Below, in pieces: positions 1 through 9,934 of a stretch of DNA of 64,000 nt (the stretch's first letter is position 1; each line of letters starts with the position of its first letter). Both the position numbers and the translations under genes were made by a program. This stretch comes from Candidatus Faecivicinus avistercoris. GTDB lineage: Bacteria; Bacillota; Clostridia; Christensenellales; Aristaeellaceae. Below the pieces are notes generated by a model. That model saw only the letters and a list, made by a program, of their open reading frames with translations, did no database searches and was not told where the DNA came from. The stretch covers positions 14,713 to 78,712 of the forward strand of contig DVJL01000068.1 in NCBI GenBank assembly GCA_018716805.1, written 5' to 3'.

Positions 1-228
1 CCTGCGCAGCGCCTCCGGCACGACGAAGCCCAGGCAGTCGAGATAATCCCTCGGGTGCTGCAGCGCCCAATCCGGTTTGAGCGGCGTGCCATTGGGCAGC
101 GCGCGGGTCATGACGGCGTGGGGATAGTCCATCGTCGCCGCGCCCAGTTCGCGCCCGGTGCCGATCTCGGCGACCAGCGCGCGGGCGGACAGCGTGCCAA
201 AGTCCACGCCAACGGCAAATTTTGGCAT
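1..228 (-). CDS. araB: L-ribulokinase (FGGY carbohydrate kinase), N-terminal 76 codons; the gene runs off the window start
   Basis: Manual reverse translation from ATG 228-226 gives MPKFAVGVDFGTLSARALVAEIGTGRELGAATMDYPHAVM..LPNGTPLKPDWALQHPRDYLD. This is the conserved AraB N-terminus (GVDFGT, DWALQHP). GGAGGG RBS lies 8 nt upstream. Confidence 0.75.
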   Translation of the reverse strand, partial: MPKFAVGVDFGTLSARALVAEIGTGRELGAATMDYPHAVMTRALPNGTPLKPDWALQHPRDYLDCLGFVVPEALRR

Positions 229-274
229 TTTCAAAACCCTCCATAAAATCAATATAAAAAAGGCGCGCCGAAGG

Positions 275-856
275 TCAGATCAGCGCGCTCAGGGCCACCA
301 GAATGTGGCACAGGTAATAGGCCGGCAGAATCAGCGCGGCAACCCGGTGATTTCCGAGGAAGTCGTTTTCGGCGATCATCGTGTCCGAAAACAGCAGAAG
401 CCCGATGCCCACGGCATAGCAGGCGGAGCCGGTCATCAGCGCGCACGCAAACCCGGCGACGCTGATCGCCGTGTACAGCGCGCCCGGCAGGCGCAACGAC
501 TTCGGCATCCGCGGCATCGCGCGAAGCAGAAAGTACGCGCCGTACAGCGCCGCGAGCAGCGCCAGCACGACCCAGTGGATCGCGCGCGGCCGCGCGGCGG
601 AGACCGCCTGCGCGATAAACAGCGCGTGCCCCACAAAAAAGCCCGCGATGCCCAGCGCATAGACGCTCTCCCGATTGCCCTTGTGCGCCATAAAGTAGTC
701 CCCCACCGCCGACACAGCGAGCGCCGCGGCCATGACCGGCGCGCGCACAGCGACCAGCGCCGCACAGGAGAGCGTTGTCAGCGCGCTGAACGCATACTTG
801 CGCGTCACCAGCCGGAGAATTGCAAACACAGCGGGAATGACGATCAGCCAAGCCAT
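275..856 (-). CDS. YhhN-family integral membrane protein (193 aa)
   Basis: Internal ATG (856) of ORF 275..1444. The tail from MAWLIVIPAV... is hydrophobic with about 6 TM segments and resembles YhhN/lysoplasmalogenase-like proteins. The upstream part of the long ORF is Arg/Gly-rich junk antisense to tsaC. Confidence 0.75.
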   Translation of the reverse strand: MAWLIVIPAVFAILRLVTRKYAFSALTTLSCAALVAVRAPVMAAALAVSAVGDYFMAHKGNRESVYALGIAGFFVGHALFIAQAVSAARPRAIHWVVLALLAALYGAYFLLRAMPRMPKSLRLPGALYTAISVAGFACALMTGSACYAVGIGLLLFSDTMIAENDFLGNHRVAALILPAYYLCHILVALSALI

Positions 857-924
857 GCAATTCCTCCCCCATCTCCATCTTCCGTCCACGTCCGATGCGG
901 GCGCATCCCCGGCGAGCCGCGCCG

Positions 925-1959
925 TCACACCTCCACGATGTGAAACGCCGCCGCGCGGCCGAGCCGGTTCATCACCGCCAGCCCCAGTCCGCGCGCCTCG
1001 ACCGCCTCGGAAAACAGCACATCCGCGCCCAGCGCATCGGCGTCGCGCAGCACCGCGAAGATCCGGTGCGCCATCTCCGCCTCGTCCGCGCCCAGCGACT
1101 CCGTGCGCCGCCCGCCATAGGCGGCGAGATGCCCCTCCAGCGCGAGGATCAGCGGCCGTCGCCCCTCCGCGGCCGCGCGGTCGTACTCGGCGCAGATCGC
1201 CCGCTCGACGCGCCCGGCCTCTCCGGAAAAGATGGTCAGCTCGCCGGCCGGCGCGTAGTGGCGGTACTTCATGCCCGGCGAGCGCGGCCGCTCGCCCTCC
1301 GCAAGCGGGCGCATCACGGCGGGATCGACCTCGCCGGAGCCGCACACGCGCTCGATCTGCTCGGCGGTCACGCCGCCGGGGCGGAGGATGCGCGGCGTCG
1401 CGCCGGTCATGTCCACGACGGTCGATTCCAGCCCCACCGCGCACGCACCGCCGTCGAGGATCAGCGGAATGCGCCCGTCCATGTCCTCGAACACATGCGC
1501 CGCGGCGGTCGGACTGGGGCGCCCGGAGCGGTTTGCGCTCGGCGCGGCGACCGGCACGCCGGCCTCCTCGATGAGCCTGCGCGCCACGGGGTGCAGCGGA
1601 AGCCGGATGGCGACCGTGTCCAGCCCGGCCGTGACGTTCGCCGGCACGCGCGCGGACTTCGGGAAGATCATCGTCAGCGGCCCCGGCCAGAAGGCGTCCA
1701 TCATCCGGCGCGCCCGCTCGGACGGCTCGCCGTCGATCAGCGGCCGCAGCTGTTCGGGACTGCAGATGTGCAAAATCAGCGGGTTGTCGCCGGGACGGCC
1801 CTTCGCCTCAAAGATCCGCGCGACCGCCGAGGCGTCCAGCCCGTTTGCCCCGAGGCCGTAGACCGTTTCCGTCGGAAAGGCGACCAGCTCGCCCGACCGG
1901 ATGCGCGCGGCGGCCTCGCGGATGGCGGCGTCGCTCGCGGGAAGAACGCGGGTATTCAA
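925..1959 (-). CDS. tsaC: L-threonylcarbamoyladenylate synthase (Sua5/YwlC type, t6A synthesis)
   Basis: YrdC-domain motifs (FPTETVYGLGA, WPGPLT, APSANRSGRPSPT) plus a C-terminal Sua5 domain. I place the start at TTG 1959 (AAGGAG 9 nt upstream), because the longer ORF to 2031 contains the 1998-2020 hairpin. Confidence 0.9.
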   Translation of the reverse strand: MNTRVLPASDAAIREAAARIRSGELVAFPTETVYGLGANGLDASAVARIFEAKGRPGDNPLILHICSPEQLRPLIDGEPSERARRMMDAFWPGPLTMIFPKSARVPANVTAGLDTVAIRLPLHPVARRLIEEAGVPVAAPSANRSGRPSPTAAAHVFEDMDGRIPLILDGGACAVGLESTVVDMTGATPRILRPGGVTAEQIERVCGSGEVDPAVMRPLAEGERPRSPGMKYRHYAPAGELTIFSGEAGRVERAICAEYDRAAAEGRRPLILALEGHLAAYGGRRTESLGADEAEMAHRIFAVLRDADALGADVLFSEAVEARGLGLAVMNRLGRAAAFHIVEV

Positions 1960-1997
1960 TAAAAAGATCTCCTTGTCGTCGTTCAAAAGGTCAAAGC

Positions 1998-2020
1998 GGC
2001 GGTTCGCCCGGCGAACCGCC
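1998..2020 (-). terminator. 10-bp GC hairpin downstream of prfA (possible terminator or processing site)
   Basis: GGCGGTTCGC-ccg-GCGAACCGCC. On the minus strand it is followed by GCTTTGACCTTTT, a weak U tract. Confidence 0.4.
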
Positions 2021-2071
2021 TGCCGCGTCAACAGCGCGGGCCCGCTCCATCAAAGCGGCGCTTCACGCCAT

Positions 2072-2228
2072 AGAGGGCATTTGAAAGGAAGAAACAATGC
2101 CGGGCGAATTTTCATCCGTTTTCACAGACAATTCGCAGGCTTCGCGGCGCAAAGCCGGAAAACCGCCACGGCCAACTGGGCGAAAAAGCGCCAAACCTGC
2201 ACTTCAGGAGTTTTCAAACGCACCCTCG
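2072..2228 (+). repeat. MITE-like intergenic element, copy A (157 nt, imperfect terminal inverted repeats)
   Basis: Left end AGAGGGCATTTGAAAGG; the right end reads CGAGGGTGCGTTTGAAAAC on the other strand. Internal 18-nt core ATTCGCAGGCTTCGCGGC at 2131-2148 is identical to copy B. Confidence 0.65.
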
Positions 2229-3313
2229 CCCTGCTGCTCGATCAGCGCCGTCTGCTCGGCGAGGATCAGCGCGTCGATGATCTCGTCGAGGTCGCCTTCC
2301 ATGATTTCGTCAATCTTGTACAGCGTCAGGCCGATGCGGTGATCGGTCACGCGCCCCTGCGGAAAATTGTAGGTGCGGATGCGCTCGGAGCGGTCGCCGG
2401 TGCCCACCTGAAGGCGGCGGCGGCTGGCGTAATCGCTGTCCTGCCGCTCGCGCTCGAGCTCATACAGCCGCGATTTCAGCACGCGCATGGCGCGCTCGCG
2501 GTTCTGGATCTGGCTGCGCTGATCCTGGCTGGTCACCACCAGCCCGGTGGGGATGTGCGTGATGCGGACGGCGGAATCCGTCCGGTTGACGTGCTGTCCG
2601 CCCGCGCCGGACGCGCGGTAGGTATCGATGCGCAGGTCGGCGGGGTTGATCTCGATTTCGACGTCCTCCGCCTCGGGCAGCACGGCGACGGTCGCCGTCG
2701 ACGTGTGGATGCGGCCGGACGACTCCGTGACCGGCACGCGCTGCACGCGGTGCACGCCGGATTCAAACTTGAGCCGGCGGAACACGTTCGTCCCCTGGAT
2801 GAGCAGCGTGCTCTCCTTGATGCCGCCGATCTCGTTGCTGCCGTCCTCGACCAGCTCGACCTTCCAACCGCGGCGGTCGGCATAGCGGCTGTACATGCGC
2901 ACCAGCTGCGCGCCGAACAAGCCGGCCTCGTCGCCGCCCGCGCCGGCCCGCACCTCGATCAGCGCATTCTTGCGGTCGTCCGGGTCCTTGGGCAAAAGCG
3001 CCAGCCGCGCCTCATGCGTCTTTTCCTCGAGCTGCGCCTCCAGGCTGCGAAGCTCCTCCTCGGCCATCTCGCGCAGCTCCGGGTCGGAAAGCATCTCCTT
3101 CGCGCCGGCGATGTCCCCCAGCAGCTTGCGGTAGGCGACGGCGAGGTCGTTTAACTCGCTCAGCTCGCTGTGCTCGCGCATCAGGCGCGCAAAAAGCGCG
3201 CCGTCGGCGATGACCTCCGGCAGCGTGATTCGTATGGAGAGCTCCTCAAAGCGCGCCTCGACTGCCTCCAGCTGGCGCGCAATGCGCTCGGTTTCGTTGA
3301 AATTCCCCTGCAA
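2204..3313 (-). CDS. prfA: peptide chain release factor 1
   Basis: GGQ motif (SGAGGQHVN) and the RF1-specific PVT tripeptide (RVPVTES). TTG start 3313 with AAGGAG 10 nt upstream, 3 nt after the prmC stop. Confidence 0.97.
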   Translation of the reverse strand: MQGNFNETERIARQLEAVEARFEELSIRITLPEVIADGALFARLMREHSELSELNDLAVAYRKLLGDIAGAKEMLSDPELREMAEEELRSLEAQLEEKTHEARLALLPKDPDDRKNALIEVRAGAGGDEAGLFGAQLVRMYSRYADRRGWKVELVEDGSNEIGGIKESTLLIQGTNVFRRLKFESGVHRVQRVPVTESSGRIHTSTATVAVLPEAEDVEIEINPADLRIDTYRASGAGGQHVNRTDSAVRITHIPTGLVVTSQDQRSQIQNRERAMRVLKSRLYELERERQDSDYASRRRLQVGTGDRSERIRTYNFPQGRVTDHRIGLTLYKIDEIMEGDLDEIIDALILAEQTALIEQQGEGAFENS

Positions 3314-3316
3314 TGC

Positions 3317-4156
3317 TCACACGCTCCTTGCCCAGACGACGCGCGGGATGCCGTTGAGATCGTTGAGGATGCCGGACTGCGCGCACTCGACGCCCGCAGT
3401 CACCAGCTCCAGCACGCGCTCCGCCTCGCCGATGCCGACCTCGAGGTAGAGGTAGCCGCCGGGATTGAGATGCGCGCCCGCCTCGGAGGCGATGCGCCGG
3501 TAGACGTCCAGGCCGTCCGAACCGCCGTCCAGCGCGAGCACCGGCTCGCGGCGCACCTCGCGCTGCAGGCCGGCGAGATCCCCGTGCGGGATGTACGGCG
3601 GGTTGGAGGCGATCAGGTCGAACCGGTCGCGCCCGACGGCGCGGAACAGATCGCCGTGGCGGATGTCGACCTCGGCGTTCAGCTCGTGCGCGTTTCTGCG
3701 AGCCACGTCGAGCGCGTCGCGGCTGATGTCCGTCAGCGTCACGTTGGCCGATGGAATCAGCGTCTTGACCGAAAGCCCGATCGCGCCGCTGCCCGCGCAG
3801 AGATCCAGCACGTCCGGCGATTCCAGCTCGTGCAGCGCGACGATCACCGCCTCGACCAGCGTCTCGGTATCCTGGCGGGGAATCAGCACGCGGTCGTCGA
3901 CGTAGAATTTCAGCCCCATGAAATAGGCGCTGTGCAGGATGTACTGCACCGGCTCGCCCTCGGCGCGCCGCATGAGGCGCTCGTCGAGTTGTTCGAGCTG
4001 GGCGGCGTCGATGCCGCGCGTGGATTCAAAGTGAAGCTCCGCGCGCGTCAGGCCAAGCGTATCCTCCGCGATCCACTTGGCGTCGATCTGAGGATCCGGA
4101 CTGCCGGATTCCTCCAGCACGTCGCTCGCATGGCGAAGCCATTCACCAATGTTCAT
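3317..4156 (-). CDS. prmC: release-factor glutamine N5-methyltransferase
   Basis: SAM motif LDLCAGSGAIG and NPPY motif (ASNPPYI). Located immediately upstream of prfA. Confidence 0.93.
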   Translation of the reverse strand: MNIGEWLRHASDVLEESGSPDPQIDAKWIAEDTLGLTRAELHFESTRGIDAAQLEQLDERLMRRAEGEPVQYILHSAYFMGLKFYVDDRVLIPRQDTETLVEAVIVALHELESPDVLDLCAGSGAIGLSVKTLIPSANVTLTDISRDALDVARRNAHELNAEVDIRHGDLFRAVGRDRFDLIASNPPYIPHGDLAGLQREVRREPVLALDGGSDGLDVYRRIASEAGAHLNPGGYLYLEVGIGEAERVLELVTAGVECAQSGILNDLNGIPRVVWARSV

Positions 4157-4230
4157 CGTCGATTACCCCTTTATGGTCTGGCGGAAGGCACCTCCCGCCC
4201 AAATGACTGGCGGCGCGCAGGCAACGGCCG

Positions 4231-5160
4231 CTAACCCTCCTCCGCGTCGGCTTCATACGCCGCGCGGAAGGCGCACAGCGCGACCTCGATCATCTGCGCG
4301 TTCGGCTCGATCGTAAACAGATGCTGCAGACTGACCAGCGGCACGCGGAGCGTCGCGCCGATGCCGTTGGGATGCGCCCGCTCGAGCGCGCGGACGATCT
4401 CGCCGACGACCGCCGCCGAGCCCAGCAGCGCGCCGGTGCGATAGGCCAGCTGCGCGGCCAGCCCGTCGGTGCGGTGGCAAGCAAACGCGACCAGCGCGAC
4501 CAGCAGCACGGCGATCAGGAATGCGCCGTCGCTGCGGTCGGTCAGCCTCGGCGAGAGCACGACCTCCTCCGGCGTCAGCTCCGGGCCGTAGGCCTCATAG
4601 GCGTTGAGCACCTTGCACGCCGCGCCCCGGTACATGCACATCCGCCGGATCAGTTTCAGCCGGCACACCGAATATACGCCCAGCACCGCGCCCGCCATTC
4701 GCAGCGCGCAGCAGATCGTGTTCACCGCAAAGCGCGGAACGCCGTCGATCTGAAGCAGCAGCGCTTCGGCAGCCGCCGGCAGGCCGACCATCAGCGCCAG
4801 CAGAATCGCCGGAACGGCGATCCCGACGCCCAGCGCGACCATCGCCTGCGGCGTGGTGCTGAACAGCTCGGCAAACCGGCGCAGGCCGCGCCCTCCGCGA
4901 ACCGTTCGCTGCGGGTCGAGCCGCGCCGCGCTCTGCAGGCTGGCAAAGAAGTCCGCAATGCCAAAAAACAGCCGCGCGGCGCCGCGCACCAGCGGAATGC
5001 GCTCCACGGCCGCCCGCGCCGCGCCGCCCCTTCGCTGCACGCGCACGGCGATATCGCGCGCCTCATTGCGCACCGCGCAGGCGGAGGCATCGCCAAAATC
5101 AAACCGCACGCCCTCGGCGGCCGGCATACAGGCCGCGCGGCTGTCGTTTTTGCTTTCCAT
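4231..5160 (-). CDS. DUF1385-family membrane protein
   Basis: Start taken at ATG 5160 (MESKND...). Several TM segments. It occupies the conserved Firmicute position between rpmE and prmC. Confidence 0.8.
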   Translation of the reverse strand: MESKNDSRAACMPAAEGVRFDFGDASACAVRNEARDIAVRVQRRGGAARAAVERIPLVRGAARLFFGIADFFASLQSAARLDPQRTVRGGRGLRRFAELFSTTPQAMVALGVGIAVPAILLALMVGLPAAAEALLLQIDGVPRFAVNTICCALRMAGAVLGVYSVCRLKLIRRMCMYRGAACKVLNAYEAYGPELTPEEVVLSPRLTDRSDGAFLIAVLLVALVAFACHRTDGLAAQLAYRTGALLGSAAVVGEIVRALERAHPNGIGATLRVPLVSLQHLFTIEPNAQMIEVALCAFRAAYEADAEEG

Positions 5161-5225
5161 CGCGTTCGTTTTCCCGGGGCAATGGCCGCGCGGCGCGCGG
5201 CAAACCCGCATCCTTTCCGGCGTAT

Positions 5226-5251
5226 CGAAAAGACGGATCGGCCGATCCGTC
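5226..5251 (-). terminator. intrinsic terminator after rpmE
   Basis: Perfect 20-nt palindrome GACGGATCGG/CCGATCCGTC followed on the minus strand by TTTTCG. Confidence 0.6.
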
Positions 5252-5322
5252 GGAAAATTTCTTCCCGTCAAAGCGAGAAAAGCACCGGAAGAGCGCATAG
5301 CTCCGCCGATGCTTGCTCGCTG

Positions 5323-5520
5323 TTACATGCCGTAACGCTTCTTGAAGCGGTCCACGCGGCCGCCCGTGTCCACCAGCTTCTGCTTGCCAGTGTAGAAAGG
5401 ATGGCACTTCGAACAAATATCGACGCGCAGCTCCTTCTTGACCGAGCCCGTCTCAAACGTCTCGCCGCAGACGCAGCGGACGATCGCCTTGCCGTAATTC
5501 GGATGGATCTTCTCCTTCAT
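5323..5520 (-). CDS. rpmE: 50S ribosomal protein L31
   Basis: [41 protein letters not shown], the type A Zn-ribbon form. ATG at 5520. Confidence 0.97.
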   Translation of the reverse strand: MKEKIHPNYGKAIVRCVCGETFETGSVKKELRVDICSKCHPFYTGKQKLVDTGGRVDRFKKRYGM

Positions 5521-5704
5521 GGTTTTCACCTCTCTCTAACCGGACTGTCGAATCTCCGGCGGAAACGGCATCCGATTAATCATACATCTGTTATTATAGC
5601 ACAGCCGGCCCGCCGATTCAAGGGGTTTTATCTTTTTTTACATCAAAAGCGGCTCCGGCGCCGCGCCCTGCGCCGTCTCAGGACAGGTTGCGCGAAAACA
5701 CGCC

Positions 5705-6838
5705 CTACGCCTCCAGCCCCTCGTAGATCAGATCGCGGATGGCCGGGTGGAATTCGTCATAGGCGCGCTTGCAGTTGAGCACGTGCTGGGCATAAAACGC
5801 GGCCAACCGGCGGTCCACGTCGATCATCGACCATGCGCCCGCCGCGCTGTCCCAGCCGAACTCCCCGACCGGGCTGCGCGAGGTTTCCGGATCGGTCAGC
5901 GTCCGGACGCCCAGGCCGTAGCCGTAGCCGCGCTTCTCGCAGAGCACGTCGTAGTCGCGCCGCGAATCGCCCGTCAGGCGGTTTTTGCGCATCGCGTCGA
6001 TGGACGCGCGCGTCAGGATGCGCGCCCCACTCCGGCCGACGCCGTCGTTCGCCAACGCCTCGGGCAGCAGGATGTAGCTGTCCACATCCCCCATCAGCCC
6101 GCCGCCTCCGCTCTCGTGCGCCTCGGAGATGCGGCAGAAGTTGCCGATCCGCTCCTCCTCGACGGGCTGCTCCTGCGCGTCCCAGCGGTAGCGCGAAGCC
6201 ATGCGCGAAAGCTGCGCCTCGTTGAGCGAAAAGCCCATGCAGCGCATGCCGAGCGGCTCGGTGACGTTCCTGCGGAGGTATTCGCCAAACCGCAGCCCCG
6301 ACGCGGCTTCGATCACCGCCGCCATCACGTCGTGGCAGAGGCTGTAGCGAAAGTGCGTTCCCGGATCGAACAGCAACGGCTTCTGCACGAACGCCGCCGC
6401 CAGCTGGCGCGTCGTCGCCGCCTGTCCATACTTTGCGAGACAGGCGCGGATTGGCTCGGAATCGGTGTCGTAGTCCAGCCCGCCCTGCATCGTCATCAGG
6501 TGTTCAACCGTCATGACCGTGCGCGCGGGGCGCACCTCGCCGCCGTCGAGCACCGTCAGATCCGCGTATTCCGGCAGGTATTTCGACACGGGATCGTCCA
6601 GCCGGACGGCGCCGCGCTCGATCAGCTGCATGCCCGCCACCATCGTGAACAGCTTGGTCGCTGAATAGAGCACATAGACCTCGTCGCCGCGCATGGGCTT
6701 TCCCGGCTCGCGCTCCCCGCTCATGTGGCGGTAGATCACCTCGTGCCCGAGCGTGACCACGAGGTCGCAGCCCGGGATCCCGCGCTCCGCCGTCCGGTCG
6801 AGGTAGCGCGTCAGTGCATCAAAGTTCACGCTCAACAT
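5705..6838 (-). CDS. serine hydrolase, beta-lactamase (class C / EstB-like) family
   Basis: 377 aa with the S-x-x-K motif in YVLYSATKLF. Overall beta-lactamase/esterase-family pattern. Confidence 0.85.
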   Translation of the reverse strand: MLSVNFDALTRYLDRTAERGIPGCDLVVTLGHEVIYRHMSGEREPGKPMRGDEVYVLYSATKLFTMVAGMQLIERGAVRLDDPVSKYLPEYADLTVLDGGEVRPARTVMTVEHLMTMQGGLDYDTDSEPIRACLAKYGQAATTRQLAAAFVQKPLLFDPGTHFRYSLCHDVMAAVIEAASGLRFGEYLRRNVTEPLGMRCMGFSLNEAQLSRMASRYRWDAQEQPVEEERIGNFCRISEAHESGGGGLMGDVDSYILLPEALANDGVGRSGARILTRASIDAMRKNRLTGDSRRDYDVLCEKRGYGYGLGVRTLTDPETSRSPVGEFGWDSAAGAWSMIDVDRRLAAFYAQHVLNCKRAYDEFHPAIRDLIYEGLEA

Positions 6839-6871
6839 CTCCCCGCATTCGTCTCTCCACTTTCTCCGCCG

Positions 6872-7825
6872 TCAGTCGAACAGCCCCTCCACGCGCGGGC
6901 AGCTGCTCTCCGCGCAGGCGAGCGTCGCGGAGGCCAGGCGGGCGCCCGTCTGCACGGCGCGCCTGAGCGCAAACCCGCGCCCGAGCGCCATGACCGTGCC
7001 GGCAAAAAACGCGTCGCCCGCGCCGGTGGAATCGACCACTCCGGCGGGCACGGCGGGACAATGGCCCGCCTCGCCGGTCTCCGCATCGAAGTAGATCGCG
7101 CCGCGCGGCCCCATCGTGACCACGGCCGCGCGCAGACCCAGCCGTCGGGCGCAGTCCGGCAGCGCGCGGAGCGCTTCCTCCGGCGCGCCGTCGAACGATC
7201 CACCGCCGAACAGCCGCCCGGCTTCGATCTCGTTGCAGATAAAACAGCGCACGCCGCGCAGGAACTCCGGATGGCGCAGGATGACGCCCATGTTCCCGAC
7301 GATGACGTACACGCTCTTGCCCAGCCGCGCGGCGAGGTCGAGCACCGTGCGCGCAATGCGCTCGTTCATGTCGATCTCCAGCACGATGCTGCCGGCCTGA
7401 GCGACGATTTCCTCCCCGTGCTCGCGCAGGTAGTCCTCCATGGGCACGAAGTTTGGCTGCTGCGAAATCGATCCGGACAGCTCGCCGCGCTCATTCAGTA
7501 TGGCCAGCCAGATGCCCAGGCCGCGCTCGGCGAAGATCATGTGCCGCAAATCGACGCGCAGCGCGGAGAGGTGATCGCGAATTTCGCAGCCGAACGCCGA
7601 CCGGTCGGTCATGCTGACGAACGCCGTCGGCTCGCCTTGGTTGGCAAAGTCCTCGCAGACGTTGCGGCAGACGCCGCCGTGCGTCATACAGACCTCGCCG
7701 ATGTTCGTGCCCGCGGGCACATAGGCATTTTGAGAAAACCCCTTGACATCCATGAACGTCGCGCCGATGATGACCGTCTGCACGCCCGCTCTCCCCTTTC
7801 CGTCCCGGGTTCGTTTGAAAGGCAT
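6872..7825 (-). CDS. PfkB-family carbohydrate/nucleoside kinase
   Basis: PfkB signature VVDSTGAGDAFFAG near the C-terminus and N-terminal VIIGATFMDV. An alternative GTG start at 7783 (AAGGGGAG upstream) is equally plausible. Confidence 0.85.
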   Translation of the reverse strand: MPFKRTRDGKGRAGVQTVIIGATFMDVKGFSQNAYVPAGTNIGEVCMTHGGVCRNVCEDFANQGEPTAFVSMTDRSAFGCEIRDHLSALRVDLRHMIFAERGLGIWLAILNERGELSGSISQQPNFVPMEDYLREHGEEIVAQAGSIVLEIDMNERIARTVLDLAARLGKSVYVIVGNMGVILRHPEFLRGVRCFICNEIEAGRLFGGGSFDGAPEEALRALPDCARRLGLRAAVVTMGPRGAIYFDAETGEAGHCPAVPAGVVDSTGAGDAFFAGTVMALGRGFALRRAVQTGARLASATLACAESSCPRVEGLFD

Positions 7826-7911
7826 TCAAAGCGCCGCCTCCCCAACGCAGCGCCGCGGCACCCTCGCTCATGCCGGCCAAAAGCCCGCCTGCACGAGCCT
7901 TCCAGCGCCTT

Positions 7912-8715
7912 CTAGGCCTCCGCCACCGCCGTCTGCACGATCACTTCCGCGCCCTCCTGCACGAAGCGCAGAAGCGCAAACACCGCGTCGTCCTCCGGCG
8001 CGAGCGAGCCGGTGATCAGCGAAGTCTCCGACATCTGCGCGAGCTTCTCCAGCGCCTCCCGATAGCGCTCCACCTGCGCGCGGCCGTCGAGCTGCAGCGC
8101 GCCGATCACCAGCGCGAGGCCGTCGTCCGAGCGGGTCAGCTCGATCTCCAGCGCGTCCTCCAGCGCATCCGCGACCTCCGCGGCGGCCTGCGCGTCCGCC
8201 TTGCGCACGCGAAACTCCGCCCGGTGCGTAAAGCCGTTCCAGCGCGTGGCGACCAGGATGTCCTGGTTGTCGGTCGTAAACGGCACCGCGCCCTGCAAAA
8301 ACGCGCCGCGATAGATGCCCGACATCGTCAACGACGCGGTCTGCTCGTCCTGAATCAGCGTGCAGCAGCGCACGCAGTCCTTCAAAACGCCGCCCTTGAG
8401 CTGGGCGGCCAGCGCGGCCTGCGCCTCGTCCATGTCGAACAGGTCGCAGCACATGTTCACGCGCACGTCGATCTCCGCCGCCCCGGCCATGCCCTCGATG
8501 GCCTCGTCGCCTGAGCCGGGAAGCCCGTCGCCCGTCCATTCAAATCTGTACTCGCGATCGTCGTTGGCGATGCAAATTTCGGCAGAGCCGAATTCGTCCG
8601 ACAGGCTGAACAGCGTCCGCAGATAGGTCTGCAGAGCCGCGACAAACGCCTCCGTGCGCCCCGGCACGCGCCGGACGTGGATGTGCTCGCACGAAAGAAT
8701 CGAAGAATTTTTCAT
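7912..8715 (-). CDS. hypothetical acidic cytoplasmic protein (267 aa), no family recognised
   Basis: ATG 8715 is preceded by GGAGGTG. It has coding-like composition on the same strand as its neighbours. I can name no motif. Confidence 0.65.
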   Translation of the reverse strand: MKNSSILSCEHIHVRRVPGRTEAFVAALQTYLRTLFSLSDEFGSAEICIANDDREYRFEWTGDGLPGSGDEAIEGMAGAAEIDVRVNMCCDLFDMDEAQAALAAQLKGGVLKDCVRCCTLIQDEQTASLTMSGIYRGAFLQGAVPFTTDNQDILVATRWNGFTHRAEFRVRKADAQAAAEVADALEDALEIELTRSDDGLALVIGALQLDGRAQVERYREALEKLAQMSETSLITGSLAPEDDAVFALLRFVQEGAEVIVQTAVAEA

Positions 8716-8833
8716 CGGTTTCACCTCCGAGGATTCCATTTCGGGGCGCTCCATCTGAGCCGCCCCGAACCCCGCGCAGCGCGGGAAATTGTTCTCATTA
8801 CAGCCCAATTGTCTGTAAAAGTCCGTTGAAACT

Positions 8834-9934
8834 TTACATATGTGTCCCGCCATCCGCCAGCTCGAGGTAGCGCGCTTCGAGCGACCGCGCGGCGTCCTCG
8901 AGATCATATCCCGCCTCTTTGACCGCGCGAATGCCGGCGGCGCTGGCTGCGGCGCGGTCGATGGGCTTTGCCTGCACGATGGCGTCCGCCCAGCGGTCGG
9001 GCTCGAGCGGCAGGAAGCGCACGCCTTCGGTCAGCGCGCAGTCGCGCGTGACGGCGCTGGACAGCCACGCCGGCAAGCCCGCGCACTGCCATTCCAGCGC
9101 GACCAGCGGAAATCCCTCGAACTGCGAGGGCAGCAGCATGGCGTCCATGCCCTGCAGCAACCGGGGAACATCCCCGCGTACGCCCGTGAACCGCACGCGC
9201 CCGGCGATGCCCAGCGATTCCGCCTGCGCCTCGGCCTCGGCGCGAAGCGGGCCATCGCCCACCAGCACGAGCCGGCAATCCGGCCTTCGCTTCAGCACGC
9301 GGGCGAAGGCATCGAGCAGAAACGCGTGGTTCTTCGCGGGCACGAAGCCGGCCACGCAGCCAAAGGCCATCTCCCCGCCCAGCCCGAGCTCCGCGCGCAC
9401 CGATTCGCGCGCGGCGGGATCGAACGCGAACGCGTGCGAATCGACGGGATTTCGGACGATCTCGAACGGCCGGTTCGGAAACAGCCATCGGCCCGCCTCC
9501 GTGCCGCACGCCATCGCGTGGGTGTACAAATGGTCGAACAGCGGGCGCAGCAGCCGGTGCAGCAGCCGGTAGCGGCAGGCGGAATTGTGGCTGTGCGCGA
9601 TGCGCACCCGCGCGCCGCCGAGCTTCGCAGCGAGCAGGTCGATGGCCAGCGTGCAGGAATTGCCGTGGGCGTGGACGATCGCATAGCCGTTTTCCCGAAT
9701 CAGGCGCGCGAGGAACCGGACGTAGCGAACCGGCCTGCGCAGGCGGCTCGGCGCGACGAACAGCTTCCCGCCCGCCGCCTCGACGGCGTCGCGGATGCCA
9801 TCGTCGGCCACGAAGCTCGCGGCGAAATCGCACCGCACGCGCGCCATCCGTCCGGCCAGCCGAAGCGGCGCGAGGGTCAGGCCGTCCCGGCGCATCGGCG
9901 TGGTGATGACCTCCAATACGCGAACCTCCCGCAT
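8834..9934 (-). CDS. glycosyltransferase family 4 (GT-B, EpsF-like)
   Basis: C-terminal E-x7-E-type motif PSQFEGFPLVALEWQCAGLP. Start at the second ATG (9934), with GGGAGG 8 nt upstream. Confidence 0.88.
   Translation of the reverse strand: MREVRVLEVITTPMRRDGLTLAPLRLAGRMARVRCDFAASFVADDGIRDAVEAAGGKLFVAPSRLRRPVRYVRFLARLIRENGYAIVHAHGNSCTLAIDLLAAKLGGARVRIAHSHNSACRYRLLHRLLRPLFDHLYTHAMACGTEAGRWLFPNRPFEIVRNPVDSHAFAFDPAARESVRAELGLGGEMAFGCVAGFVPAKNHAFLLDAFARVLKRRPDCRLVLVGDGPLRAEAEAQAESLGIAGRVRFTGVRGDVPRLLQGMDAMLLPSQFEGFPLVALEWQCAGLPAWLSSAVTRDCALTEGVRFLPLEPDRWADAIVQAKPIDRAAASAAGIRAVKEAGYDLEDAARSLEARYLELADGGTHM

Noticed and set aside
158-1574. Several overlapping ORFs (158..943, 732..1574, 895..1962, plus strand) at the window start
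   Set aside because: They are antisense or out of frame relative to the YhhN-like membrane gene and tsaC, and their translations are Arg/Pro-rich junk.
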